Assembly (NCBI GenBank): GCA_029261095.1
Contig: JAJDBZ010000050.1
Span: 1-42,849 of the forward strand
Direction of reading: 5' to 3'
DNA: 42,849 nt
Origin: Candidatus Omnitrophota bacterium
GTDB lineage: Bacteria; Hinthialibacterota; Hinthialibacteria; OLB16
How positions within the stretch are numbered: the stretch's first letter is position 1; every line of letters begins with the position of its first letter. Of this stretch, positions 19,201 to 27,434 are shown piece after piece. The notes beneath the pieces are model-generated. The model was given only the letters and a program-made list of their open reading frames with translations, did not search any database and was not told the origin of the DNA. The position numbers were made by a program, and so were the translations under genes.

Positions 19201-19620
19201 ATCTGAATCCTGTTCCACCAAAAAATGGGCGCGACGATCCCTTGTGTTTCGCGGCACGGTCAGGTCATCCGGGTAGTCGGCTTCGAAAACAATGATCCCA
19301 TCGGCGTCGTGTTGTTTCGGGTTGGGATCCTTCCAAAGGGCCAGGATCGTACCCTCGGTAATACGCACCCCTTTTGCGAGAAGCAGTACCTCTTCGCCAC
19401 GGAGGTAGACGATATTAGGGCCGTAGCCGTTGGTCACAGTACAGTCCTCATCTACTAGGATTTTTCCGCCACCTTTTAGATCGAGGAACTCCCATTGGTC
19501 GAGGGACTGACAGTCGGTTTCAAACAGGGTGTCGTTGACAAAGAGAGGTTGAGCACAGCAAGTCAGAGCAAGGGCGCTGGATACCCAGATTGCGATGGGA
19601 AGGAGAAAGCGGTTGAACAT
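16249..19620 (-). CDS. large secreted glycoside hydrolase-like protein (clan GH-A / GH2-type TIM barrel in the C-terminal third)
   Basis: 1123-aa ORF with a signal peptide (MFNRFLLPIAIWVSSALALTCCA). The C-terminal region LYLNGEPFYVKGVNGHG...FNMIRGDYPPP...WLWNNFNEV...PVIYCEYNNW matches a (beta/alpha)8 glycosidase, with NE acid/base and E nucleophile candidates. Confidence 0.65.
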   Translation of the reverse strand: MFNRFLLPIAIWVSSALALTCCAQPLFVNDTLFETDCQSLDQWEFLDLKGGGKILVDEDCTVTNGYGPNIVYLRGEEVLLLAKGVRITEGTILALWKDPNPKQHDADGIIVFEADYPDDLTVPRNTRDRRAHFLVEQDSDKGFQIKYQKAGMDAEPMAEKIHLGLTHDDTWNRSGWMWQKVRIGEGKIRAKYWSAVAPEPEGWPIELDHPNPKQGRVGIKAWSGKVHLAYFSISENEIPVEPPLLDLSISRSILFVDSGSNDENVPEFRSFLNVRDRGTEGLTIRGEFRHEEANQGYVFVLEDLENGEVSLGDTASEFTRALEQLPREPGEVKLTLRLVEAKGNGEKTLSEVTRFFAYRTDDQYKQRFEELRVRAEKSYENEEDKGSDTALEATAALSLLDYAQSNLAEAEFTLVDRTLDYVEECLDPSIHLTDYRFGDVDLPALNLIMGATYSMTVPWESLGIRKSETLTARLEITDDLRIETPIRADSRIAAGDWKNGKASTTFDFQVPHEFPPGSTEPIHRPAIREGRHRLYLSLWDESGNFLWLDNEKPDQPRAYGQRYEIGRLYVTPHPIEITDIRMIPTPLGGALACLTTLVNYGEEEIKSRIRMSLDTPGGFQSSGGLTEATLQPQRETKISFDAGSPSIAGELLAQFAIHLPEGFVSHAETRIDLSEPFRVDVDKANHILRRDNGFVVPISLSVQAGSTAPTTPVKVTAYADGALRETVEWDIGKEPTLELELEPGLGWYILQVQEKGKPAIERRVIAPVWETREGKLYLNGEPFYVKGVNGHGLIGQSPERTRLLMRVLKRMGFNMIRGDYPPPWELDVAQEENMGWMVLAPFSVTSTDVLKERHAPHPMKRMREITRRFIPHYVNKPAMWLWNNFNEVTGETDDLLAMFYPHYKAMDPYRRPVVYANLTGQDRFIGQDVMGINYYYRPYTPLEELKKLIHASQDFGAKANLPVIYCEYNNWYGPVYTEGARAINEMFAAELSPEHPGGFFYQLRENIDRHPGVITDDNTAWTNPTLERAFKEAFADLEIDDYLTDGAIQLTNKRPFTLRKISYLIYEGPVLRDEGMVEDLAPEASTEIVVGDGFEKGGTKLSVKTRFETHYGLWSEVEGEVFP

Positions 19621-19900
19621 TCGAACTGTTGACCTCCGATTTGTACGGAATTCCGTGGGTGCCCTCGGCTCATTTCACGAAACACCTGTGGGGCGGTGAG
19701 CAGGAGCATTGTAAGATGAATTGGTGCCTGGGTAATCCACCAACTCTGTTAGTAGGACACGTGAGTTCGTTGGATGAATCCTGCGATTGGAGCAAACACT
19801 GTAAACAACACCTTACAAAAAAAGATTGCCCCAAAAACTCTCCTGTGTTAGTTTGACCTAACATTTTCTTATCATTCCTCAGACGAGAGGTGTACTCATC

Positions 19901-20605
19901 ATGGGCAAACAAACAATCAATTGGAGTCAGCGAATCCCTCACCGACATGGGGCTTGTTTTAAGGACCTAAAGCAGTTTAGAGGATTTACTTTGATTGAGC
20001 TCCTGATAGTGATCGCCATTATCTTGATCCTGATCGCGATCGCTCTCCCTAATTTTCTCGAGGCTCAGATCCGGGCCAAGATCGTCCAGTCCCGTGCCGA
20101 CATGCGCACGATCGGCATCGCCATGGACACCTACCTGATCGATTGGCGGATGTATCCGCCTGATCACGATCCTAATGACTTTGCTCAAAACGGTTTTTAT
20201 CAGCTCACATCGCCTCTCTCGTATCTGACAGAATTCCCTAACAATCCCTTTGCCACCGGAACTTCCGGGTTGGGCGATCCAGGGGATGAATTCGGGTACG
20301 AGATGGGATCAACCGGTCTCACTCCACGGTCGGTGATGTTCGGGAGGGCTGTCCGGGCCAATGTCCATACCTTCAATATTCAGAATTATGCCCCGGACAC
20401 CGATGACGATTGGCACGGCAACGATGAATGGCCATTCTGCGGTGGAGGTGGAAACCCTTGCCAGAACGGCGGTTGCAATTGGACCAACTACAGTCCGACC
20501 AATGGGACTAAATCCAATGGCGATCTCAATCACACCGGTGGCGAATTCCGTAACGGCACCTACTGTGTCGATGGCTGGCAGCATATTGTCGGAAAATTTA
20601 TCTGA
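19901..20605 (+). CDS. prepilin-type N-terminal cleavage/methylation domain protein (GspG-like pseudopilin), paralog 1
   Basis: G|FTLIELLIVIAIILILIAIALPNFLEAQIRAK carries a class III signal with Glu at +5. The leader is 28 aa, with no alternative in-frame start nearer the cleavage site. The C-terminus is Cys-rich and carries a TNGTKSNGD motif. Confidence 0.85.
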   Translation: MGKQTINWSQRIPHRHGACFKDLKQFRGFTLIELLIVIAIILILIAIALPNFLEAQIRAKIVQSRADMRTIGIAMDTYLIDWRMYPPDHDPNDFAQNGFYQLTSPLSYLTEFPNNPFATGTSGLGDPGDEFGYEMGSTGLTPRSVMFGRAVRANVHTFNIQNYAPDTDDDWHGNDEWPFCGGGGNPCQNGGCNWTNYSPTNGTKSNGDLNHTGGEFRNGTYCVDGWQHIVGKFI

Positions 20606-20781
20606 CCCCCATTTGGTGGGGAATTCAGCATCATCGAATTGGGAAGGAAGGAGATGCCTACCCGAAGCATGGGAGCTCCGACCATGATTTCCCTGAGCAT
20701 GGAAAACGCCTGCAGATTGTTCAACGACTGGGACCATGCTAAAATCTGTAAAATCTATATCGTGTGATAGGCGGATCAAGA

Positions 20782-21483
20782 ATGAAAAAATACCCAGATG
20801 TTCCAGATACTATTATTGCCAAGAAGAAAGTTTTCTGTAATCGTAAACTAAAGCAGTTTAGGGGGTTCACGCTTATCGAACTCCTTATCGTCATCGCAAT
20901 CATCCTGATTCTGATTGCGATTGCCTTGCCCAATTTTCTTGAAGCTCAAATACGGGCGCAAATCGTCCAAACCACTGCTGACATGCGTACCATTGCGATC
21001 GCCATGGATTCGTACCTCATTGATTGGGGGATGTACCCCCCGGATCACGACCCCAACGACTTCTCTCAAAATGGGTTCTATCAGCTGACCACGCCTCTCG
21101 AGTACATAACAGATTTTCCCCAGAATCCTTTTGCGTTAAATTCTGGATTGGGGGACCCTGGCGGCGAGTTTGGCTATGAAATGGGATCCACCGGGATCCT
21201 TCCCAGGTTCGTGGCGTCGGGAATGGCGGTTCGCGCACGGGTTAACGCCTTCAATATCCAGAGTTATGCGCCAGACCACCGGGATAACTGGAGTGGAAAT
21301 GATTCCTGGCCCTTCTGCGCTCCCCCTGGCAATGCTTGTTCGGCGGGCGGTTGCAACTGGATCAACTACAGCCCCACCAACGGGACTAAATCGAGTGGTG
21401 ACATCAATCACACCGGGGGCGAACACCGTAACGGCAGTTACTGCATCGATAATTGGCAACAGGTCTCGGGGAAATACATTTAA
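20782..21483 (+). CDS. prepilin-type N-terminal cleavage/methylation domain protein (GspG-like pseudopilin), paralog 2
   Basis: Co-linear with paralog 1 and clearly similar over the full length. It has the same KxLKQFRG|FTLIELL junction and again a 28-aa leader from the ATG at 20782. The track ORF begins at GTG 20764. Confidence 0.85.
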   Translation: MKKYPDVPDTIIAKKKVFCNRKLKQFRGFTLIELLIVIAIILILIAIALPNFLEAQIRAQIVQTTADMRTIAIAMDSYLIDWGMYPPDHDPNDFSQNGFYQLTTPLEYITDFPQNPFALNSGLGDPGGEFGYEMGSTGILPRFVASGMAVRARVNAFNIQSYAPDHRDNWSGNDSWPFCAPPGNACSAGGCNWINYSPTNGTKSSGDINHTGGEHRNGSYCIDNWQQVSGKYI

Positions 21484-21575
21484 GCGAATTGGTTGGAGAT
21501 TCGAGACCCTAGTTGAACGCACGAAGAGTGATCGGATTTCGCGCCTAGAGGTTCTTTAGGAGGGTTCAGGGGTTC

Positions 21576-21953
21576 ATGCCCAATGCGCCGGAATTGGTGG
21601 AAAGAGGTCCGCGCCTGATCGGGGGATTCCTTTTAGGGATCGGAATGGGTTCTGTCATCGGTATGCTTGCGGGGTCTTTCGCAGGTGGTGGCGCGAATCC
21701 TCAGGCATTCGCGGTAATGGTGGCGATACTTGGAGTTTTCGGATTAGGTGCTTGGGTGAAACAAGGAGCCCAATCGATTGGAGGCCGCCGCGCGTTTGTG
21801 GGCGGAGTCATGGGGTCCATACTCGCCTTTGGGTTGGTCGTCGCCTCGGGACTTTTCCTCGGTTTCGCGAGTTCTCTCATTCCTGTTTACTTTCTGGTTT
21901 GTGGCTTGGGAGGCGCGGCTGGTGTGTGGGCTCAACATCGGTTCTATGGGTAA
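21576..21953 (+). CDS. small integral membrane protein, Gly-zipper rich (about 4 TM helices)
   Basis: AGGAGG lies upstream. The 125-aa product is dominated by G/A/V/L/F hydrophobic stretches with GxxxG repeats. No family recognised. Confidence 0.55.
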   Translation: MPNAPELVERGPRLIGGFLLGIGMGSVIGMLAGSFAGGGANPQAFAVMVAILGVFGLGAWVKQGAQSIGGRRAFVGGVMGSILAFGLVVASGLFLGFASSLIPVYFLVCGLGGAAGVWAQHRFYG

Positions 21954-22129
21954 TCCTTGTTCTCGCAGGTGGAGGTTTTTCGAGAGGATCGAGAATGTCG
22001 ATGAGATCCATGGGTTGTGTGAATCGTGGGATACCTCGCAAGGGGACGGTTTTGGCGGCTCTTTGAACCAATTACGCTTGCATCCGTAACACGACCGTTC
22101 GAACAAACCGAACAAAGGAGCATTCAATT

Positions 22130-22810
22130 ATGATCTTCGGCAAATGCACTAAGCGGATATCGGATGGATTCACGCTGATTGAACTACTGATTGTCATCGC
22201 GATCATCCTCATCCTGATCGCCATCGCGCTTCCCAACTTCCTCGAAGCCCAAACACGGGCCAAGGTTGCGGCGGTACGAGGCGGCCTCCGAACGATCCAG
22301 ATCGCTTACGAATCCTACTTCACGGACTACGGTCAATATGTCACATCCCATCGATTCAGTTTTCTCTATCGGAACAACCCCGCGCAGTGGGTCGGGTGCG
22401 ACATGCGCCTACTGTCCACGCCCATCCCTTACATCAAGGGTGAACTTCCGCGCGACCCTTTTACGAATAAGGACCCGTTCACGAACAAACTCGACAACCC
22501 GGAGTCATTCTTCGTGGCCTATGCGGTCGCGCGCGCAGCCGATGGTTCGATCCGATACAATACCCCGGGCAATGGCCCTTTCGGAACCATCCCGCTGCCT
22601 TTCGACAGTTGGATGGGATGGAGCGCCGGTCCCGACAACGCGGCGCAAACGGGCGGATATCGTTCGGAGCAAACCGTGCTCGAGAGCGGGCAAAGCGGGG
22701 TGCTGGAGTACTACCCGAACTATCGAGGAGTCAAGTACAGCGCAACCAACGGATCGAAAAGCATGGGTGATATCTACGTCTTCGGCCCGGGCGCTATTCA
22801 CAACTACTGA
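22130..22810 (+). CDS. prepilin-type N-terminal cleavage/methylation domain protein (GspG-like pseudopilin), divergent paralog 3
   Basis: AAAGGAG RBS upstream and a 13-aa leader (MIFGKCTKRISDG|FTLIELLIVIAIILILIAIALPNFLEAQTRAK). The C-terminal SATNGSKSMGD motif is shared with paralogs 1 and 2. Confidence 0.85.
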   Translation: MIFGKCTKRISDGFTLIELLIVIAIILILIAIALPNFLEAQTRAKVAAVRGGLRTIQIAYESYFTDYGQYVTSHRFSFLYRNNPAQWVGCDMRLLSTPIPYIKGELPRDPFTNKDPFTNKLDNPESFFVAYAVARAADGSIRYNTPGNGPFGTIPLPFDSWMGWSAGPDNAAQTGGYRSEQTVLESGQSGVLEYYPNYRGVKYSATNGSKSMGDIYVFGPGAIHNY

Positions 22811-22955
22811 CGCCTGAATGAACAGGGATCGATGACAATTGGTGGCAATTTCTGATTTGCTCGGCCCTTACCCATCTGAAGTAGTTTCGTCGAACTTCAA
22901 GGATGATGGGATCTCTGGGGGTTAGGAGGTTTCATCGTGGACATATCAAAATCTG

Positions 22956-23636
22956 CTAACTTTGATTCAGTTCCATTTCAACCCAATACCAACGAATGTA
23001 ATCGCCACCCCCATCGTTAAAACCGTCCGAAACAAAATCAAGATCTCCATCCTCATCCATATCCAGAAAGGCGCCACGGGCAACCCATCCGCCAAGAATC
23101 CGCTGTTTCTTTTTGAATTTATTTTCCACGTCTCCGAAAAGGATCCAAAGAGTTCCATCAGCCGGATCGGAAATCCAAGGATCAATGAAACCGTCTGCAT
23201 CGATGTCATCAGCACCAGCAGAATGAGGGACAGAAAGACCCGGTTGGAGGATGCTCCCCGGCGATGATCCATCGGAAGACAGGTGGATTGACCACGAAGA
23301 AGTATTCATGGTCAATCTGTCTTCGATCCCATCACCGTCAGCATCTACACCAATTCCATAAGAACGACGTGACACGATCTCGTGAGTTTTGATCGCGGCT
23401 CGGACGTCTTCCCAGACTTCGGGGGAATCCGGTATGGGATGTTCTTGAACGACGGTCATTCGGTCCGTGTGGTCTCGGGTCACTATCCTGAAGTAGACTT
23501 CCATCCCACCAATCCAAAGGAGAAAAATTCCCAAAATTATACCTGGAGGCGAAGTGATGGATTTCAGGACTTGGTGGGACCGTCCACGATTTTCGTGTGA
23601 GTCCGGTTTCGGTACCGTCTTCTCGAGGCTATTCAT
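22956..23636 (-). CDS. membrane-anchored FG-GAP/VCBS-like repeat protein
   Basis: N-terminal TM helix (PPGIILGIFLLWIGGM). Three Ca-binding-type DxDxDGxxD motifs are present: DADGDGIED, DIDADGFID and DMDEDGDLD. Confidence 0.6.
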   Translation of the reverse strand: MNSLEKTVPKPDSHENRGRSHQVLKSITSPPGIILGIFLLWIGGMEVYFRIVTRDHTDRMTVVQEHPIPDSPEVWEDVRAAIKTHEIVSRRSYGIGVDADGDGIEDRLTMNTSSWSIHLSSDGSSPGSILQPGLSVPHSAGADDIDADGFIDPWISDPADGTLWILFGDVENKFKKKQRILGGWVARGAFLDMDEDGDLDFVSDGFNDGGGDYIRWYWVEMELNQS

Positions 23637-23726
23637 CGAATCGTTTCAAGATATCCGACCTGATCTGAATCCATTCTATGTGTTTGCGTAAACGCCAACA
23701 AGATTTCTTTTCATTCACATTGGTAT

Positions 23727-24143
23727 TCACTCTTCCGACTCTATTCTTTCGAAATACATGGCAGGCGAAACCACTTCCACCCCCTCAATCTCCTTTCCAT
23801 AAAAAGGTCCAAAATGTTTCTTGTCGCTGGTGATGAGAAACTTTGCACGAGCATTGATCGCAGCTGCGAGGATCGGTCGATCCTTTTCCGGCAGATCGGC
23901 CAACTCAGCGATTGGTGTCTGCCCAACAGAAAGATCCTCAACCTGTGTGACGGCCAGCAGGTCTTCCAGTTGACTGAGATTGTCGGGTCGTAATCGAGCC
24001 AAGTTGCGCCGAGCCTCTTCCGCCGCATAGGAAGAGGTTACGGTGTAGGTGCGCTTATTTTGCCAGATTCTTCTAAGTGGGGAATCGGAACGGTAAGCCG
24101 CCGAGAACAAGACGCAGGCATCGACAAATGCCCGAAGAGTCAA
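23727..24143 (-). CDS. PIN-domain toxin (VapC-like)
   Basis: 138 aa. FVDACVLFSA near the N-terminus supplies the first acidic PIN residue, and ...ILAAAINARAKFLITSDKKHF matches the PIN C-terminal pattern. A TTG start immediately follows the antitoxin stop. Confidence 0.7.
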   Translation of the reverse strand: MTLRAFVDACVLFSAAYRSDSPLRRIWQNKRTYTVTSSYAAEEARRNLARLRPDNLSQLEDLLAVTQVEDLSVGQTPIAELADLPEKDRPILAAAINARAKFLITSDKKHFGPFYGKEIEGVEVVSPAMYFERIESEE

Positions 24144-24446
24144 TCACTCGACTCCAGTCGGTTTACAATGATCTATTGTGGCGGGGTCGAGTCCCATTTT
24201 CCGGACTTCTTTAACTGCGTCATCGTAGGAGGTCTTATCGATAGCTCCACCAAGGAGGAATTCAGCGACCCTTTCAGGAGCGTATTCTTCGATGGAACGG
24301 TCCTTGTCAGGTTTGAGGAGAATCCCGCCTTCAATACCTTCGACAGTCACGAAAGAACCCTTGCTGATTCCTCCACCACTCAAAAGACTGGGTGGAATCG
24401 AGACCTTTCCATTATCATCCACTCGTGTTCGGGCTGGTTGTTCCAT
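24144..24446 (-). CDS. AbrB/MazE/SpoVT-family antitoxin
   Basis: The 100-aa product has the N-terminal swapped-hairpin pattern RVDDNGKVSIPPSLL...KGSFVTVEGIEGGILLKP. It lies directly upstream of, and abuts, the PIN gene. Confidence 0.7.
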   Translation of the reverse strand: MEQPARTRVDDNGKVSIPPSLLSGGGISKGSFVTVEGIEGGILLKPDKDRSIEEYAPERVAEFLLGGAIDKTSYDDAVKEVRKMGLDPATIDHCKPTGVE

Positions 24447-24478
24447 CGAGATGATTCCTCTTCCGTTTATTCGAACTC

Positions 24479-24507
24479 ATTCTGATTTTGAAGTTTTGGG
24501 AAGTCAA
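24479..24507 (-). promoter_or_regulatory. candidate sigma70-type promoter of the AbrB-PIN pair (TTGACT-N17-CAGAAT)
   Basis: On the minus strand, TTGACT is the complement of 24502-24507. A 17-nt spacer follows, then CAGAAT (complement of 24479-24484). This is about 30 nt upstream of the ATG at 24446. Confidence 0.35.
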
Positions 24508-24776
24508 CCTTTCATCCCTTCCAGGACCCTCCCACGGAGAAAGGGATTCCTCCTCAAGGTGCGCCGAGAAGGGAGTCTCGGCGCAGGCTGATCCCATGTG
24601 TCGGGGCGGAGCCACGACACAGCACCCTCTAGTCCCGCCCGGGTCCCAGCCAAAAACCAGTGGACAAACCCCGCTTATTCCGCTAGAAACCGCCCCCTTG
24701 ACAGTTTTGTCGGGATTCCCCCACCGTAGGGGAGTCATACCACCACTACCAATGAAGAGGATTTCCCCGGTCCAGG

Positions 24777-27434
24777 ATGGGTAAACTAGCGGTCATCACA
24801 GAGAAAGAAAGCGTCGCCCGAGATGTCGTCTCCGTCCTCGGCGGATTCGAATCTAAGAAAGACTATTACGAAAACGACGATTATGTGGTGATGTGGGCCA
24901 TCGGCCACATCCTGACTCTCCCCTCTCCGGAAGAAATCGACGAAAAATACAAACGGTGGATGCTCCAGGATCTGCCCATTATCCCCGAGAAATTCGAACT
25001 GAAACCCGCCGACAAGATGAAGGGCCGCCTCGATATGATGGCCAAAGTCCTTAAACGGAAGGACATCGAGGGGATCGTCAACGCCTGTGATGCCGGTCGC
25101 GAGGGGGAACTGATCTTTCGCGAAATTGTGGAATACACAGGAACCGATAAACCGATTCAACGCCTCTGGCTTCAGTCCATGACCCCCGGCGCCATCCGCG
25201 ATGGGTTCTCCACCCTCGAACCGGGAGAGAAGTACAACGGTCTCGCCGATGCTGCATGGTGTCGCTCTGAAGCCGACTGGTTGGTCGGGATGAACGCGAC
25301 ACGGGCAGTGACCAAGCGCCTCCAATCACGCAAACAGCGCGGTGTATGGTCGGCGGGACGAGTCCAAACACCGACGCTGGCCATCTTGGTTGATCATGAA
25401 TTCAAGATTCTAGGATTTGAGCCACGCCCCTTCTGGCAGATCATCGGAACTTTTGGAGCCTCAGACCACAGCTACCCCGGCACTTGGTACGACCCCAAAT
25501 GGGAGGGCAATTCAGAAGCAGGAGAGAAAGAGGATCGGATCTTCGATCTGGAACGCGCCCAGAAAATCCTGGAGGCGCTCCAAGGGAAATCCGGGAAAGC
25601 CTCGGAGACCCGTAAACCATCGAGAGAATCGGCGCCCCTTCCTTTCGATCTCACCACTCTGCAAAGGGAAGCTAACCGACGGTTTTCATTTTCCGCGCGT
25701 CGAACCTTGCAGGCCGCTCAAAGACTCTATGAACGACACAAGGTTTTAACTTACCCAAGGACCGACTCGAAACACCTCCCTGAGGATTATCACAGCCATG
25801 TCGATAAAGTGCTCGATGTCTTTTCGCAATCCAATGATTACGGTCCGTACGCCAACCATCTGAAATCGGCTGGTCTCCAGAACGCTGGCCGCATCTTCGA
25901 CAACTCAAAGGTGAGCGATCACTTCGCGATTATTCCAACTGGAGAAACGCCACCCAAGCTGGATGGAGACGACGAGAAGATTTTCGATCTGGTCATGCGA
26001 CGTTTCCTTTCAGCCTTTTACCCGCCGGCGGTTTGGAACCAGGTCGAACGCAAAACAGAGGTCGAGGGCGAATTGTTCCGCTCCAGAAGCCGGACCCTTC
26101 AAACCCCGGGATGGCGTGAGGTGTATGGGTCTGAGGAAAACACTGATGCCCAACTCCCCCCACTCGTTCCCGGAGAGGACAAAGCGGATGGCGTGGGAGT
26201 CAAAGGCGAATCCTTCGAGCTTGAGGAGAAACGATCCCGTCCACCCGGTCGAATCACAGAGGGCCGTCTGCTGGGGATGATGGAACGCGCAGGGAAAGAT
26301 ATCGATGACGAAGAGCTGTCCGAGGCGCTGGCGGAGAAAGGATTGGGAACACCCGCCACCCGCGCCGACACGATCGAGAACCTTATCTCCAAACAGTATG
26401 CCCAACGTCTCCGAGGCGCCCTCAAACCGACAGCGAAAGGTGTTCGCCTGATCGATTTTCTACACCGTATCGATTCGGCGGGGTTGGCCTCGGCGGAACT
26501 CACTGGGGAGTGGGAGAAACACCTCACTGAAGTCGAACACGGCCAGATGCCGAGGACCGATTTCATGAAGGGCATCTCTGAGTTCACAGTCGATGTCGTC
26601 GACAAGATCAAAGAGTTTGAGTATGACGATCTCTACGCCAAGGAACCCCCGATCGGAAAATGTCCGACTTGTGGGAAAGGCGAGGTCATCGAGTTCTTCT
26701 GGGGATACCGATGCAATCAGAACGAGCGTAAAACCGAAGAGAACGGGGACGCCGACCAGAGTTGCGATTTCATCATCTGGAAAGAGATCAACGGTCGGTA
26801 TATGGACAGAAAGACTGCCAGCACCCTGCTGGAACGAAGGAAAACGGTTGAAATCCCGGGTTTTGTGAACTTTCAGGGCCAGGAATATGAAGCCGTACTC
26901 GAGATCGACGACTCTAATCAGGTGCGTGTCACCGGAGACAACGCTGGAGCCGATGAAGAGGAAGAGTCGACCGATGCCCCTCCGGTTTGTGCTTGCAAGA
27001 ATGGCGAAGATTGTCAGGTTATCGAAACCTCCACTCGATATGTCTGCGAACGTCTCTATGAAGGAGGCGGGAAGAAAGCGAAGGACGTGAATTCGTGCGG
27101 GTTGGTTTTGCCGAAGCTGGTTTGCAAGCGCGAGATGCCGCGCGAGGAGGCCGATACCTATTTCGGCGATGGACGGATCGGTCCGCTGGAAGGATTCATT
27201 TCAAAGAGAGGGAGACCTTTCCCTGCCATCCTTTATATCAAAGACAATGGCCGGCATGGCTTCGAGTTCCTTCCACGAGAGAAGAAAGCAACCGCGAAAA
27301 AAACCACCAAGAAGGGTGTGAAAAAGACCGCCAAGAAAGCGGCGAAGAAAACCACGAAAAAATCGACCAAGAAAACGGTCAAGAAGTCAACGAAGAAAGC
27401 CGCTGCAGTCTCCAGCGAAGACCCACCCTTCTAG
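24777..27434 (+). CDS. topB: DNA topoisomerase III (type IA) with Zn-ribbon/C-terminal repeats and a Lys-rich tail
   Basis: It has a Toprim N-terminus (LAVITEKESVARD...WAIGHIL) and an active-site Tyr motif (LTYPRTDSKHL). A CPTCGKG zinc-ribbon and topoisomerase C-terminal repeat patterns (GPLEGFISKRGRPFPAILYI) are also present. The final roughly 50 aa are xKKx repeats. Confidence 0.9.
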   Translation: MGKLAVITEKESVARDVVSVLGGFESKKDYYENDDYVVMWAIGHILTLPSPEEIDEKYKRWMLQDLPIIPEKFELKPADKMKGRLDMMAKVLKRKDIEGIVNACDAGREGELIFREIVEYTGTDKPIQRLWLQSMTPGAIRDGFSTLEPGEKYNGLADAAWCRSEADWLVGMNATRAVTKRLQSRKQRGVWSAGRVQTPTLAILVDHEFKILGFEPRPFWQIIGTFGASDHSYPGTWYDPKWEGNSEAGEKEDRIFDLERAQKILEALQGKSGKASETRKPSRESAPLPFDLTTLQREANRRFSFSARRTLQAAQRLYERHKVLTYPRTDSKHLPEDYHSHVDKVLDVFSQSNDYGPYANHLKSAGLQNAGRIFDNSKVSDHFAIIPTGETPPKLDGDDEKIFDLVMRRFLSAFYPPAVWNQVERKTEVEGELFRSRSRTLQTPGWREVYGSEENTDAQLPPLVPGEDKADGVGVKGESFELEEKRSRPPGRITEGRLLGMMERAGKDIDDEELSEALAEKGLGTPATRADTIENLISKQYAQRLRGALKPTAKGVRLIDFLHRIDSAGLASAELTGEWEKHLTEVEHGQMPRTDFMKGISEFTVDVVDKIKEFEYDDLYAKEPPIGKCPTCGKGEVIEFFWGYRCNQNERKTEENGDADQSCDFIIWKEINGRYMDRKTASTLLERRKTVEIPGFVNFQGQEYEAVLEIDDSNQVRVTGDNAGADEEEESTDAPPVCACKNGEDCQVIETSTRYVCERLYEGGGKKAKDVNSCGLVLPKLVCKREMPREEADTYFGDGRIGPLEGFISKRGRPFPAILYIKDNGRHGFEFLPREKKATAKKTTKKGVKKTAKKAAKKTTKKSTKKTVKKSTKKAAAVSSEDPPF

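Noticed and set aside
20764-20781. Upstream alternative starts in the track: GTG 20764 for pilin 2, the track start at 32709 for fliQ, TTG 40270 for fliA, and GTG 30095 for fliY
   Set aside because: The downstream ATGs (20782, 32781, 40316, 30104) give canonical N-termini or protein lengths. They also have better RBS or stop-start coupling.
20606-22129. The two intergenic spacers in the pilin cluster are each exactly 176 nt (20606-20781 and 21954-22129), which might indicate a duplicated unit
   Set aside because: The two spacer sequences show no similarity by eye, so the equal length appears coincidental.
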